Made by a program: the position numbers and the translations under genes
Shown here: positions 43,501 to 51,336 of the stretch, one piece after another
How positions within the stretch are numbered: the stretch's first letter is position 1
How the letters are laid out: each line of letters starts with the position of its first letter
Notes under the pieces: model-generated
The model's input: only the letters and a program-made list of their open reading frames with translations
What the model was told of the DNA's origin: nothing
The model's database searches: none
Source of the DNA: a virus
Taxonomy: Duplodnaviria > Caudoviricetes
Virus record (IMG/VR): IMGVR_UViG_2799112420_000002
Location: 1,598 to 65,597 of that record
Length of the DNA stretch: 64,000 nt
Strand: one strand, 5' to 3'

Positions 43501-44165
43501 AAAGAAATCAGAGAAAGATAAAAAAACGTGAAGATCTGATGAAATGGGAATCGGATTGGGAGGATCAGATCGATCTTGATTGGTATTCCCAGACAGTACC
43601 AGACGGAGACGGACTCAAGCCGGATGGATACCATGTTCCCGTTAAACCCGATGTGGACACAAAGGAAGTTGATGATCAACTACAAAAAGAGAGATATGAA
43701 ATAAAGGTTTATGGGAAGCTCGAGTTTGATGCTGGCATGGGCGATGACGATAATGGGAGTCTGTCTGGATTTGGAGGAGCCCTTGAGCATGAAGCTCTCG
43801 GCGGCAGGATGGATCATCGGCAGATAGTAGAAGTCGCTGAAGACGGAGCAGAATACATCATTCCTGTGACCAAAACCGAACGCGCTATAAGCCTGATCAT
43901 GCAGATGCTGAATGAAATGGGATCTTCCGCTGTCAGCCGTATCTTTGACGGCCTTGGCATTGGCCAGAGCGGGACCATTGGTGCGAATACAGCCTCTCTG
44001 AGCAGCGCGATGCAGGGCATGACGATCAACAACAACTACAATATTTCTGCTCCGGTGAGCATCAATGTGAATTCCAGCGGGGCGAGTGCTGAAGACATCG
44101 GAACAACGGCTTACAATCTCGCGGAAAGGCATCTCGTGAACACATTGAGAGGAGCGTGGGCATAA
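40509..44165 (+). CDS. Tape measure protein
   Basis: 1218 aa, helical, Gly/Ala-rich; follows the chaperones. Confidence 0.85.
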   Translation: MADDVLQEFVVKLTTQIDNPGMQQIMKFLDSNKIKALGLASALTAATTAVYKFVESYTKEELSLRNLAKQKKKNLEQLRAEEAALKQMGVTLNDIKKDKALKSMYDDLVKFNKEMSLPNMDRAMEKVNGLRLAFYKFRSAVSYVVKAIGAQVLTNLEAPINRITGKLNNAANWIRDNLNQIAAKVGSVITAFAKGIIGIAETFEKIGKWVADLPAGIKAAGAAIIGVIGLLNSGPIGKILAAITLIGDIIHDYENFQWNKQNMEVPVVFQTPDGGHTSDIKKALIGEDGKPVAYQVRVGFTPIWEAVDEGKETGDIFTVIGTRLTEAMNNAFRDYDPSTLFGGGENNDGLIPKITAWLNKQENKEMLSDFGGALVGFITRGIETVGGTAGGFLAQIIDAIFGAGTADDTFWNDDGGAGTTLVGGLAGFFKGFAERLADPKNNKGLWDAFKEGMREFSIGSLISAFLTAIEENPQTGSYEINWEQFRGSLTAVGGTLFNMFSQALAFAAQGGSTLFSLIGNALSDSNFTQIGSVDTFIQKIGGVFSEWASDKTLMTGITTSVVTLFSGGNVFEAILTGIFGSFTSAREKAMRQALVNAGKYQEGDQSLAKLSIGVLEKEYESLDDEFKSDYWSNIFGDLGGAGANLVSGIWKALMAGVKGAENLAEDLWKMLMQTISSVMGFDSEEVANNVFGGVIVSTTAGTVLGKNLLTGLLAGVASFITGIEGKIDPNNPEYSDFITAVKTEAKGFWEQIMMIWYGSGEMVDGKWVAKNENAGLSAIFRGLFGEDNGGIGQTIREAVGKLLEPIKQAIIDVWDDIWLGVDEGNGRNGGLKGFVEKMFSLDDPESLINKVIAGLEPVGNAIVEWFNGLWIRIYNSGPQWLRDAFGFAGIKDPNTSTLSMDEEGNFVLTSTNEKSKVLTPEEAATISGIDVNTNNPEAGFGIDEKTTFNLSIDENDNIVGTNGNIFTMKRPFAGTDDYLYYNWHLPEKTKEENQRRRERNQRKIKKREDLMKWESDWEDQIDLDWYSQTVPDGDGLKPDGYHVPVKPDVDTKEVDDQLQKERYEIKVYGKLEFDAGMGDDDNGSLSGFGGALEHEALGGRMDHRQIVEVAEDGAEYIIPVTKTERAISLIMQMLNEMGSSAVSRIFDGLGIGQSGTIGANTASLSSAMQGMTINNNYNISAPVSINVNSSGASAEDIGTTAYNLAERHLVNTLRGAWA

Positions 44166-45346
44166 TGGAAACGAAACGGTTTTTTTTCGCAAATTTCACA
44201 CTCACATCTCAATGGACCGGCATGAAGATCACAACAACAAGAACAGTAAAAGTCAACAGCCTTTCGCACAATCCTCGCAATCGCATAGACGCTTATAATC
44301 TTTTACTCCATTCAGAGGGCGACGAAGCCATAGTGTATGATGTGTCGTATAAATTCAAAGGACTTCCGACTACGTCAAAAAGGGATGTAACGGTTCAGTA
44401 TTCTCTTCCGTCTGGCGTGAAGATTAAGAGTGCAATCCTTTGGGCAACGATAAGTTCCCCGTACACCGGATGCTCGATCCTGAATGTGAACGGGACCGGA
44501 TTCCTGCAGAAGAGAGGTGGGGAATCCGGTGCTCCGGTTACGCTCTACTCTACATCTGGTGGTTACAGGGCAGTATTTACTTTCCGGGCGAATGGAGATC
44601 CGCATGATGTGAATGGCCGGTCTGTTGGCATAAATTTCAGCAACGTCTATCTGGAGATCATGTATGATGGCGTGACGACGGCAAGTCCGACAAGTCCTGC
44701 TGCTGTACCGAAGCCGCAGACGCCTTCCATACCTACGCCGAAGCCAGATCCTGACTCTGTTTTTGAGGTTCCTCCGCAGAGCGTATGTATTTACGATGAA
44801 ACGACTGGAGGCGTATATCTCTTTGATGGTGTTGTGAAAATTCAGCACACCATGAGTGTGAAACTTGAAGAAGAACCGGACAAGAAAAAGGAAGAATATG
44901 TCAACAACGCCAGAAATGAGCCGGACAAGGTCACTCTGGATGTGGTCATGTCGGATGTTTACAGTTCCGGTGGCACAAAAGCGCGCGAATCCTCGCTGAA
45001 CGCAGCTCAAAGCAGAGCATTCAACGCAGCACAAAAGGCATTGATTGATTCAAGGAGTTCAAGATCTACGCTGGTTTATCAGGTCTTCCATTGGCTGAAA
45101 GAGCAGCGTAGGAGGCTTACGCTGATCACACCGCAGTATATTTACGTGAATATGATTATAACCGGAATGACGGTTACTCAGGATGATTCGTGTCCGTTTG
45201 GCTGGCAAGGGCAGATCACGCTGCAGAGCGCGTATCAGTCTTCCGCGCAGCAGCAGAACAAGACTGGCACCGGGAAACCGACCGAAGTCCAGCCGCCGTC
45301 AGAAGCTATGGTTGCTGGGTTTTCTGGTTTGTTTAGTGGGAGGTGA
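44156..45346 (+). CDS. Dit-like tail/baseplate protein with an extra N-terminal domain and Pro/Thr linker
   Basis: LFDGVVKIQH..NEPDKVTLDVVMSD..TLITP..Y.NM.IT; PTSPAAVPKPQTP linker. Confidence 0.6.
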   Translation: MGIMETKRFFFANFTLTSQWTGMKITTTRTVKVNSLSHNPRNRIDAYNLLLHSEGDEAIVYDVSYKFKGLPTTSKRDVTVQYSLPSGVKIKSAILWATISSPYTGCSILNVNGTGFLQKRGGESGAPVTLYSTSGGYRAVFTFRANGDPHDVNGRSVGINFSNVYLEIMYDGVTTASPTSPAAVPKPQTPSIPTPKPDPDSVFEVPPQSVCIYDETTGGVYLFDGVVKIQHTMSVKLEEEPDKKKEEYVNNARNEPDKVTLDVVMSDVYSSGGTKARESSLNAAQSRAFNAAQKALIDSRSSRSTLVYQVFHWLKEQRRRLTLITPQYIYVNMIITGMTVTQDDSCPFGWQGQITLQSAYQSSAQQQNKTGTGKPTEVQPPSEAMVAGFSGLFSGR

Positions 45347-45693
45347 TCTGCATGATGAAACTGGATATTCATCCTGAGCTTAAGAGCCAGGCGATCATAA
45401 CCTCCATCGAAGTCAAAGGAAATGCGAAGCGGGTCCGGTTTGAGTTTGACTACATGGAAAAGCCAAACAAGTGGTTTATGTCCATTTACAACACTCAAAG
45501 CGGCGAGTCTTATGTGCTGAATGTTCCGCTGGTGGCATCCTATTACGCGAAAAACAATCTGCTTGCTCCGTATGCGTACAAGGATATCGGAGAGGTTGTG
45601 TGTGTTCCGGTTGTTGACGAGCCGTCAAGCGTAGATCCTGAGGGAGAAAACCTTGGTGAGTTTGCCGTGATCTGGGGTGAAGAAATTGCCTGA
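45343..45693 (+). CDS. Small baseplate protein
   Basis: Synteny; W.MSI....VLNVPLV....LL..Y.Y. Confidence 0.6.
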   Translation: MICMMKLDIHPELKSQAIITSIEVKGNAKRVRFEFDYMEKPNKWFMSIYNTQSGESYVLNVPLVASYYAKNNLLAPYAYKDIGEVVCVPVVDEPSSVDPEGENLGEFAVIWGEEIA

Positions 45694-46447
45694 TGATCTG
45701 AGAATACTGAAGGTTTACGCCGACTCCGTACAAATAGCAATAGAAAGCAGAGTCAGGGTGCAGGGCCGCTCAAACATGACCTTGCTCCCTGACTTTTTCG
45801 CGATCGATGTCTACAACATGCCAGACGAGGATCTTGGCAAGGTGCGAAGCAGCAATATCCTCTTTGTGAACGGTCTGGATAATTCAACGATCTGCTATGG
45901 GCAGATAGAGGATATTTTTGTGCGGCCGTCAGAAAGCAATGTGGTCACTACAATTTCGATATCAGATGGCAGCGACTTCTGGAACGCTCAGATTCGCAAA
46001 ACAATCGGCCGCGGGGCCGGAGTCCGGGAGTCTATCAGTGCGATCCTGAAAGGGGCCGTTTTGGGCTCATATTTAGCCGAAAATCCACGTCTGATCCGTG
46101 GGCAGACAATCAGTGGAAAGCAGCCTGAAATCATCCGCAGCTACGCTCAGAGCCTGAATGCGAGGGCTTTTTTGTCTCATGGAGTGCTGCACATTGTAGA
46201 GAAAGGAAAGGCCGAGAACACCGTAATAATCCCAGAAAGCGAACTGATCGAAGAGCCGAGCATAGCAAACGGGGTTTGCATTTTGCAATTAAAGGTCAAA
46301 GGATATGCGGTCGGTTCTATGGCAATTGTCAGAGGAAAGCAGTACAGAATCGCGGCACAGTCCGTTGATGCGGACAATTTCTCAGGCATGTGGAGGACGG
46401 AGCTGATTCTCGTGAATGAGGACATGCTGTCTTGGATGGGAGGCTGA
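45677..46447 (+). CDS. Baseplate hub protein (putative)
   Basis: Synteny; IDVYNM..YGQI..ISDG. Confidence 0.6.
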   Translation: MKKLPDDLRILKVYADSVQIAIESRVRVQGRSNMTLLPDFFAIDVYNMPDEDLGKVRSSNILFVNGLDNSTICYGQIEDIFVRPSESNVVTTISISDGSDFWNAQIRKTIGRGAGVRESISAILKGAVLGSYLAENPRLIRGQTISGKQPEIIRSYAQSLNARAFLSHGVLHIVEKGKAENTVIIPESELIEEPSIANGVCILQLKVKGYAVGSMAIVRGKQYRIAAQSVDADNFSGMWRTELILVNEDMLSWMGG

Positions 46448-46450
46448 GAA

Positions 46451-46957
46451 ATGATACTTGAGGAAGCAATCCAGCAGCCCGGGCAGCGGGAACAGATGCT
46501 GAAGGAATCGGTCATGGAATCGTTGCATGTGGCGATTCCGTGTGAGGTTGTTTCTTACAACGAAACGGACAGAACAATCAGGGCCCAGCCGCTGATCCGC
46601 GGATTCAGAGATCAGGAAAAGCCGCAGGTCTTGGAAGATGTTCCAGTTTTCTTCCCCGGAAATTTCACATTCGATATAACTCCCGGAGACGAGTGTTTGG
46701 TGGTTTTTGCGGATTCGTGCATAGACGGCTGGTTTCAAAACGGAGTGGTTTCAAAACCGCTTACGGCACGAAGACACGATTGGTCGGACGGGTTCGCGCT
46801 GGTTGGGTTTTCCAGCCGGAAAAAGATCGTTCCCGGAATAAACCTGAACGACAAGTTTTCGGAGATAGATGAAAAGTTTGAACACATCGTCAGCGATGTA
46901 ACGGAGATAGCCACAGTGGAAGAGACCCAGGCGATCATTGATGAATACGGGGGGTGA
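46451..46957 (+). CDS. Baseplate spike (Gp138-N-like)
   Basis: LHVAIPCEVVSY..LEDVPV.FP..GDECLVVFADSCID.W..RRHDWSDGFA. Confidence 0.85.
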   Translation: MILEEAIQQPGQREQMLKESVMESLHVAIPCEVVSYNETDRTIRAQPLIRGFRDQEKPQVLEDVPVFFPGNFTFDITPGDECLVVFADSCIDGWFQNGVVSKPLTARRHDWSDGFALVGFSSRKKIVPGINLNDKFSEIDEKFEHIVSDVTEIATVEETQAIIDEYGG

Positions 46958-47331
46958 GTTTCGTGAAGGTCAGGCCGGAAGACGGAAACGGAGACATGAT
47001 GCCGATACAGTCTCTGGATCAGTTGATTGAGGACGCTCCCGCCGTTGCTCAGATCATGAGAAGCAGGGTCCGGTTGGTTCATGGCGAATGGTGGGAGGAT
47101 GAAACATTGGGCTTCAAAGCTCCGCAATTCCTTGTGGACAATGTAAGGCAAGGCAATCTTGGAATGCTGGAGCAGTATATTTCGACATATCTTGCGGGGA
47201 CGCCAGGCGTCGCGCGGATCAGCGACGTGGAGCTTACATTTTCAAATCACAAGCTCCGATATTCGTGCATAGCGACAACGGGGACCGGCGGCAGTGAAGT
47301 TGTGGAGGTGGATCTTAGTGGCATACTTTAG
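46954..47331 (+). CDS. Baseplate wedge, gp25/W-like
   Basis: AVAQIMRSRVRL..GEWW.D..GF. Confidence 0.7.
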   Translation: MSFVKVRPEDGNGDMMPIQSLDQLIEDAPAVAQIMRSRVRLVHGEWWEDETLGFKAPQFLVDNVRQGNLGMLEQYISTYLAGTPGVARISDVELTFSNHKLRYSCIATTGTGGSEVVEVDLSGIL

Positions 47332-48517
47332 TCCGAATATTGACGCGGATGGCATTCATGTTCCGACATACGCGGATGTCATGGATTATCTAATGGAACA
47401 GTACAGAGCCATTTTCGGAGCGGATATCTATCTTGGCGAGGAAACGAAGGACTATCAGCTGCTTTCTATCTTCGCGAAGTGTATTGCGGATTTTGGAGAA
47501 TTGTGTGTGGACAATTATAACAGCCGGAATCCGAATTACGCAGCCGGAAATTCTTTGGACATGCTCCTGCCGCTTGTTTCCATGACACGAAGGGCCGCGA
47601 CATGCTCCACGGCGGTTCTGAAACTCACCGGAACGGAAGGAACCGTAGTACCGGCAAAAAGCAAGGTCATGGACGCAAGCGGTTATCTCTGGGAGACAGA
47701 TGAAGCGGCCGTGATCGGAAGTTCCGGCACAGAGGTTTCGGCGACATGCACATTTCCCGGAATGATCTCCGCTCCTGCCGAAACAATCAGCTCCATTTAT
47801 GATGTCGTTGACGGCTGGAATGGTGCCGTGAATGAAGCGGATGCTGTTGAAGGCAAGGATGCTGAAACGGATGAAGAGGTAAGGGTTCGCCGGAAACAGA
47901 TGGTCGGAATTCTGAACAACGGGACCTATGACGCGCTGATACGGAAGCTGCTGGATGTTTCCGGCGTGGAGTTCGCGGATGTAATAGCGAATGATTCCGG
48001 CTCTACGGATTCTGAAACAGGCGTTCCTGCACACAGCATCTGCTGTCTTGTTCAAGGTGGGGATGAAGCAGATGTTGCAGAGGCGATCTGGAAAGCGAAA
48101 GCGCCCGGCATCGGAACGTCTCACGCGAGTGTTACCGGTGGTAATGCAAAAACCGTTACATACACGGACGATTACGGTCATGCAAATACAGTGAAGTTTG
48201 TCAGGCCTGAAGAGGTGGAGGTTTCTGTCGCTGTGACAATCAAGGCGCTTGCGGGTTATGACAGCACCAGGTGCGAGGAACTGATCCGCGGAGCGATCCG
48301 GCTGTCGATTAACGATATGGGAGTCGGGAAATCCTGGAGCGTCACGATGGCATACAGGGACATCTACAACACTTTCATCGGGGAAGTTTGCCCATTCGTT
48401 ATCAATTCTGTGGTTGGGGATACAGACAATCAGTCACCGAGTTCTACGGAGGTCGTGTGCGCATTTAATCAGATCCTGACCGTAAAAGATGAAGACATAA
48501 CGATCACCGTTGTGTGA
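47318..48517 (+). CDS. Baseplate J-like protein
   Basis: NPNYAAG.SLD, C..PG.I.A, G.DAETDEE.R.R, I...KAPGI.T. Confidence 0.88.
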   Translation: MAYFSPNIDADGIHVPTYADVMDYLMEQYRAIFGADIYLGEETKDYQLLSIFAKCIADFGELCVDNYNSRNPNYAAGNSLDMLLPLVSMTRRAATCSTAVLKLTGTEGTVVPAKSKVMDASGYLWETDEAAVIGSSGTEVSATCTFPGMISAPAETISSIYDVVDGWNGAVNEADAVEGKDAETDEEVRVRRKQMVGILNNGTYDALIRKLLDVSGVEFADVIANDSGSTDSETGVPAHSICCLVQGGDEADVAEAIWKAKAPGIGTSHASVTGGNAKTVTYTDDYGHANTVKFVRPEEVEVSVAVTIKALAGYDSTRCEELIRGAIRLSINDMGVGKSWSVTMAYRDIYNTFIGEVCPFVINSVVGDTDNQSPSSTEVVCAFNQILTVKDEDITITVV

Positions 48518-48527
48518 GGTGAGCGGC

Positions 48528-49199
48528 ATGAATATCGATGAATACAGGGCGTTGGTGACCGGCTCGAATTACGGAGAATACTCTCCGAACCCTGACGAGC
48601 CGGACCAGAGCGATCCTCCGGTTTATCACAAGAACACGGGAAATTATAAATTCGCTGGCGTTCTCGACTCAATCCTTACTCCGGTTTGCGAACAAGGTGT
48701 CGTAGTCGACGGACTCGGCACGGCATTTGACATTCAGAACGCATCTGGAGCGCAGCTGGATGTCATCGGGGAATTGGTAGGGATCAGCAGAATGCTTCCA
48801 TACGCGCCGGAGACTCCGCTTATCGTTGACGGCGAATCGGTATATACTCGCGAAATGACAGACGATGAATACCGGATAATGATCAGGCTGAAGATCTCCA
48901 GGAATGAGTGGGACGGGACGAATGAGGGCGCGGCAAAAATGTATAGGGATGTCTTCAACGATGACGTCCGTATCAATTTTGTTGACAATCAGGACATGAC
49001 CGTTACGTTGAACATTTCCGGCGATTTTTCGACGCGGCAGATTGAGATCCTGAATTTTGTGGATAGTATCCTTATCCCTTCCGGGATTGGAAAAACGGTT
49101 AACGCCATTGGCGGGAAAACAGAGATGAACAATTACTTTGGCGCTGCGATCACGGGAATTGAGTGGATTGACAGCGTAGACTGCGAAGGGGGAGAGTAA
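48528..49199 (+). CDS. Baseplate wedge protein (DUF2612-like)
   Basis: AFDIQNASGAQLDVIGELVG.SR..DDEYR.MIRLKI..N.WDGT. Confidence 0.85.
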   Translation: MNIDEYRALVTGSNYGEYSPNPDEPDQSDPPVYHKNTGNYKFAGVLDSILTPVCEQGVVVDGLGTAFDIQNASGAQLDVIGELVGISRMLPYAPETPLIVDGESVYTREMTDDEYRIMIRLKISRNEWDGTNEGAAKMYRDVFNDDVRINFVDNQDMTVTLNISGDFSTRQIEILNFVDSILIPSGIGKTVNAIGGKTEMNNYFGAAITGIEWIDSVDCEGGE

Positions 49200-49202
49200 A
49201 TC

Positions 49203-51161
49203 GTGAGTTGGTCTGGTGTTGTTACAAATGCTGGCACAAATTTGTTTGCACAGTATGCTTTGGGCGGCATGACGCTCTCTGTTGCGGGAGCGAAGCTTGG
49301 AAAGGCTGTTTCTTCTGAATCCGACAAACATAATGTAACGCAGATGGCAGATTATGTTTGCGACGGATCAATTGTTTCGCAAAGTTCGACTTCTGGCGGG
49401 ATAACGTACAGAATCGAAGCGACGCCGCAGGAATCTTCCTATGCGCTGCATGAAATGGGGCTATATGTAACGGCGACGTCCGGCGGCAGCTCGTCGGATG
49501 TCCTGGTTGCGTATATGTGGGAAAATGATGGCATTCAGATCCCGTCCGCTGCATCGTTCCCTGATTTTGTCTATGTGCTTGCAGCGAACCTTGTGAACAT
49601 CAGCGCAGATATTGAATTCACTGTTGATACGGCCGCTTCCGTTCCATTCTCTCACATTTACAACGGCCTCGACAAGACGGAAGAAGGATACGCGTTGGAT
49701 GCCCGCCAGGGGAAAGCTCTCAAGGACGAAGTTAATATTTTTGAAAGCGGCATGGCGATCTACATTGAAGGGGACGAAGCGCCGGAAACCATCACAGTCG
49801 GAAAGTATCTTCTGATCAGAGGAAACAGCACACTGCCGGATGGCATTTATTGTTCGACAGGTGTCATCGCGAGCGGTGGAAGTGTAACAAGCTCAAAGGT
49901 CAGGGAGGTTACTGGTGGCGTTATAAATGACCTGGACAGCGCTATCGCTGGGAAACTCGTGAAAAAGGCAAAAGTGATCACTCTTACAGGAAGCACATGG
50001 AGCTCTATTTGGGATGCCATCAGCGGGCTTTCCAAGAATGAATGCGGAGTGTTTTATTCCATGAACAATGCGACGTACATACTTTCTGGTCAGGCACGTT
50101 CTGGCGTTTTGTACGGCACAATCGCGAGAATAGATACAGATAAGTTTATCCTCGTTGTTTGCGCAGGAGATACAGGAAGCCATATGCTTATCATAAGAAT
50201 GACCAATGTTTCATCGAGCAGCGCTGGCACGTATTCTGAGTTTGATATTGTAAGCGCTATCTCTGGGAAGGTAGACACGTCCAAAGTTTACAACGGATTG
50301 GACAAAAGCGCTTCTGGTTTTGTGCTGGACGCCCGTCAGGGGAAAGCGTTGAATGACGCAAAGCTCGAAAAAACAAGCGTCTACAATGGTCTTGATAAAG
50401 CGGAAGAAGGGTATGCCCTGGATGCCCGCCAAGGAAAGGCTTTATCAGACGCAAAACTCGACAAGACAAGTGTTTACAACGGACTCGATAAGACAGCAGA
50501 AGGATTCGCTCTTGATGCTCGTCAGGGGGCTGCTCTGAACAATTCAAAAGCGAGTCTCTATAATCTCTCAGAAATCAGCGGAACCTCCGGGAGCGATTGG
50601 CAAGTTCTTTGGGGCGTGCTCAATGGGATTGCGGTTGGAAAGGTTGCCGCGATAAGTCTTTCCGGCCAGGCGTTATCCATGATGTCAGCTGTTTCGTATG
50701 ATCCGGGAACACCTCCATTTAGCGGGACAGTTACGAAAACAGAACAATCTGGAAGCGGGGCGAAATTCAGCTTTATCGTTGCGGATAAAGAAGGAATTGT
50801 ACGCTCTGTTGTGTTTAGTTCTACGAACGGAGTGCAGCCCGATGGAATGACGAATTCTTCTTATGCGGAGAACGTGTACGATCTGAGCAAAATTCAGCAT
50901 CAGGCTATTCACACAACCTCAACCGGAGGGATTGTAACCAATCTGAATTCCGTCAAAATCGGGGAATGGGGGCGAGCCACGTTCAGCAAAGATTACAGTG
51001 GAGTCAGCCCCATTTCTGGAAGCAATACGACGGGGAATTACATTTGTTTCGGGCAGTCTGATGCTTACAAGACGATCATTTTGTTTGCGCAGACTACTGC
51101 ATATTACAACACTTGTTATTCAAATACGTGGCAAGGCTGGAAAACATTTACCGCAACCTAA
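49203..51161 (+). CDS. Tail fibre protein with four YNGLDK..G..LDARQG.AL repeats
   Basis: N-terminal baseplate-attachment region (VVTNAG.NL); C-terminal W.GWK. Confidence 0.8.
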   Translation: MSWSGVVTNAGTNLFAQYALGGMTLSVAGAKLGKAVSSESDKHNVTQMADYVCDGSIVSQSSTSGGITYRIEATPQESSYALHEMGLYVTATSGGSSSDVLVAYMWENDGIQIPSAASFPDFVYVLAANLVNISADIEFTVDTAASVPFSHIYNGLDKTEEGYALDARQGKALKDEVNIFESGMAIYIEGDEAPETITVGKYLLIRGNSTLPDGIYCSTGVIASGGSVTSSKVREVTGGVINDLDSAIAGKLVKKAKVITLTGSTWSSIWDAISGLSKNECGVFYSMNNATYILSGQARSGVLYGTIARIDTDKFILVVCAGDTGSHMLIIRMTNVSSSSAGTYSEFDIVSAISGKVDTSKVYNGLDKSASGFVLDARQGKALNDAKLEKTSVYNGLDKAEEGYALDARQGKALSDAKLDKTSVYNGLDKTAEGFALDARQGAALNNSKASLYNLSEISGTSGSDWQVLWGVLNGIAVGKVAAISLSGQALSMMSAVSYDPGTPPFSGTVTKTEQSGSGAKFSFIVADKEGIVRSVVFSSTNGVQPDGMTNSSYAENVYDLSKIQHQAIHTTSTGGIVTNLNSVKIGEWGRATFSKDYSGVSPISGSNTTGNYICFGQSDAYKTIILFAQTTAYYNTCYSNTWQGWKTFTAT

Positions 51162-51173
51162 GGGAGTGATTGG

Positions 51174-51299
51174 ATGGCTTGGTGGATCTTTTTCCTGGCG
51201 GTAGCCCTTGGAGCAATAAGCGGCAGTGTAATCACTGCCGTTTATTTGTTGGATCACAGCAAGGAAGGCGAGAAGCGGAAATGGTGGGAAGACGAATGA
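51174..51299 (+). CDS. 41-aa single-TM membrane peptide
   Basis: MAWWIFFLAVALGAISGSVITAVYLL..., GGGAG RBS; below the ORF-track cutoff. Confidence 0.5.
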   Translation: MAWWIFFLAVALGAISGSVITAVYLLDHSKEGEKRKWWEDE

Positions 51300-51336
51300 T
51301 GGTCCAAGGACCATAAAATAAAAAGGAAGTGAGACT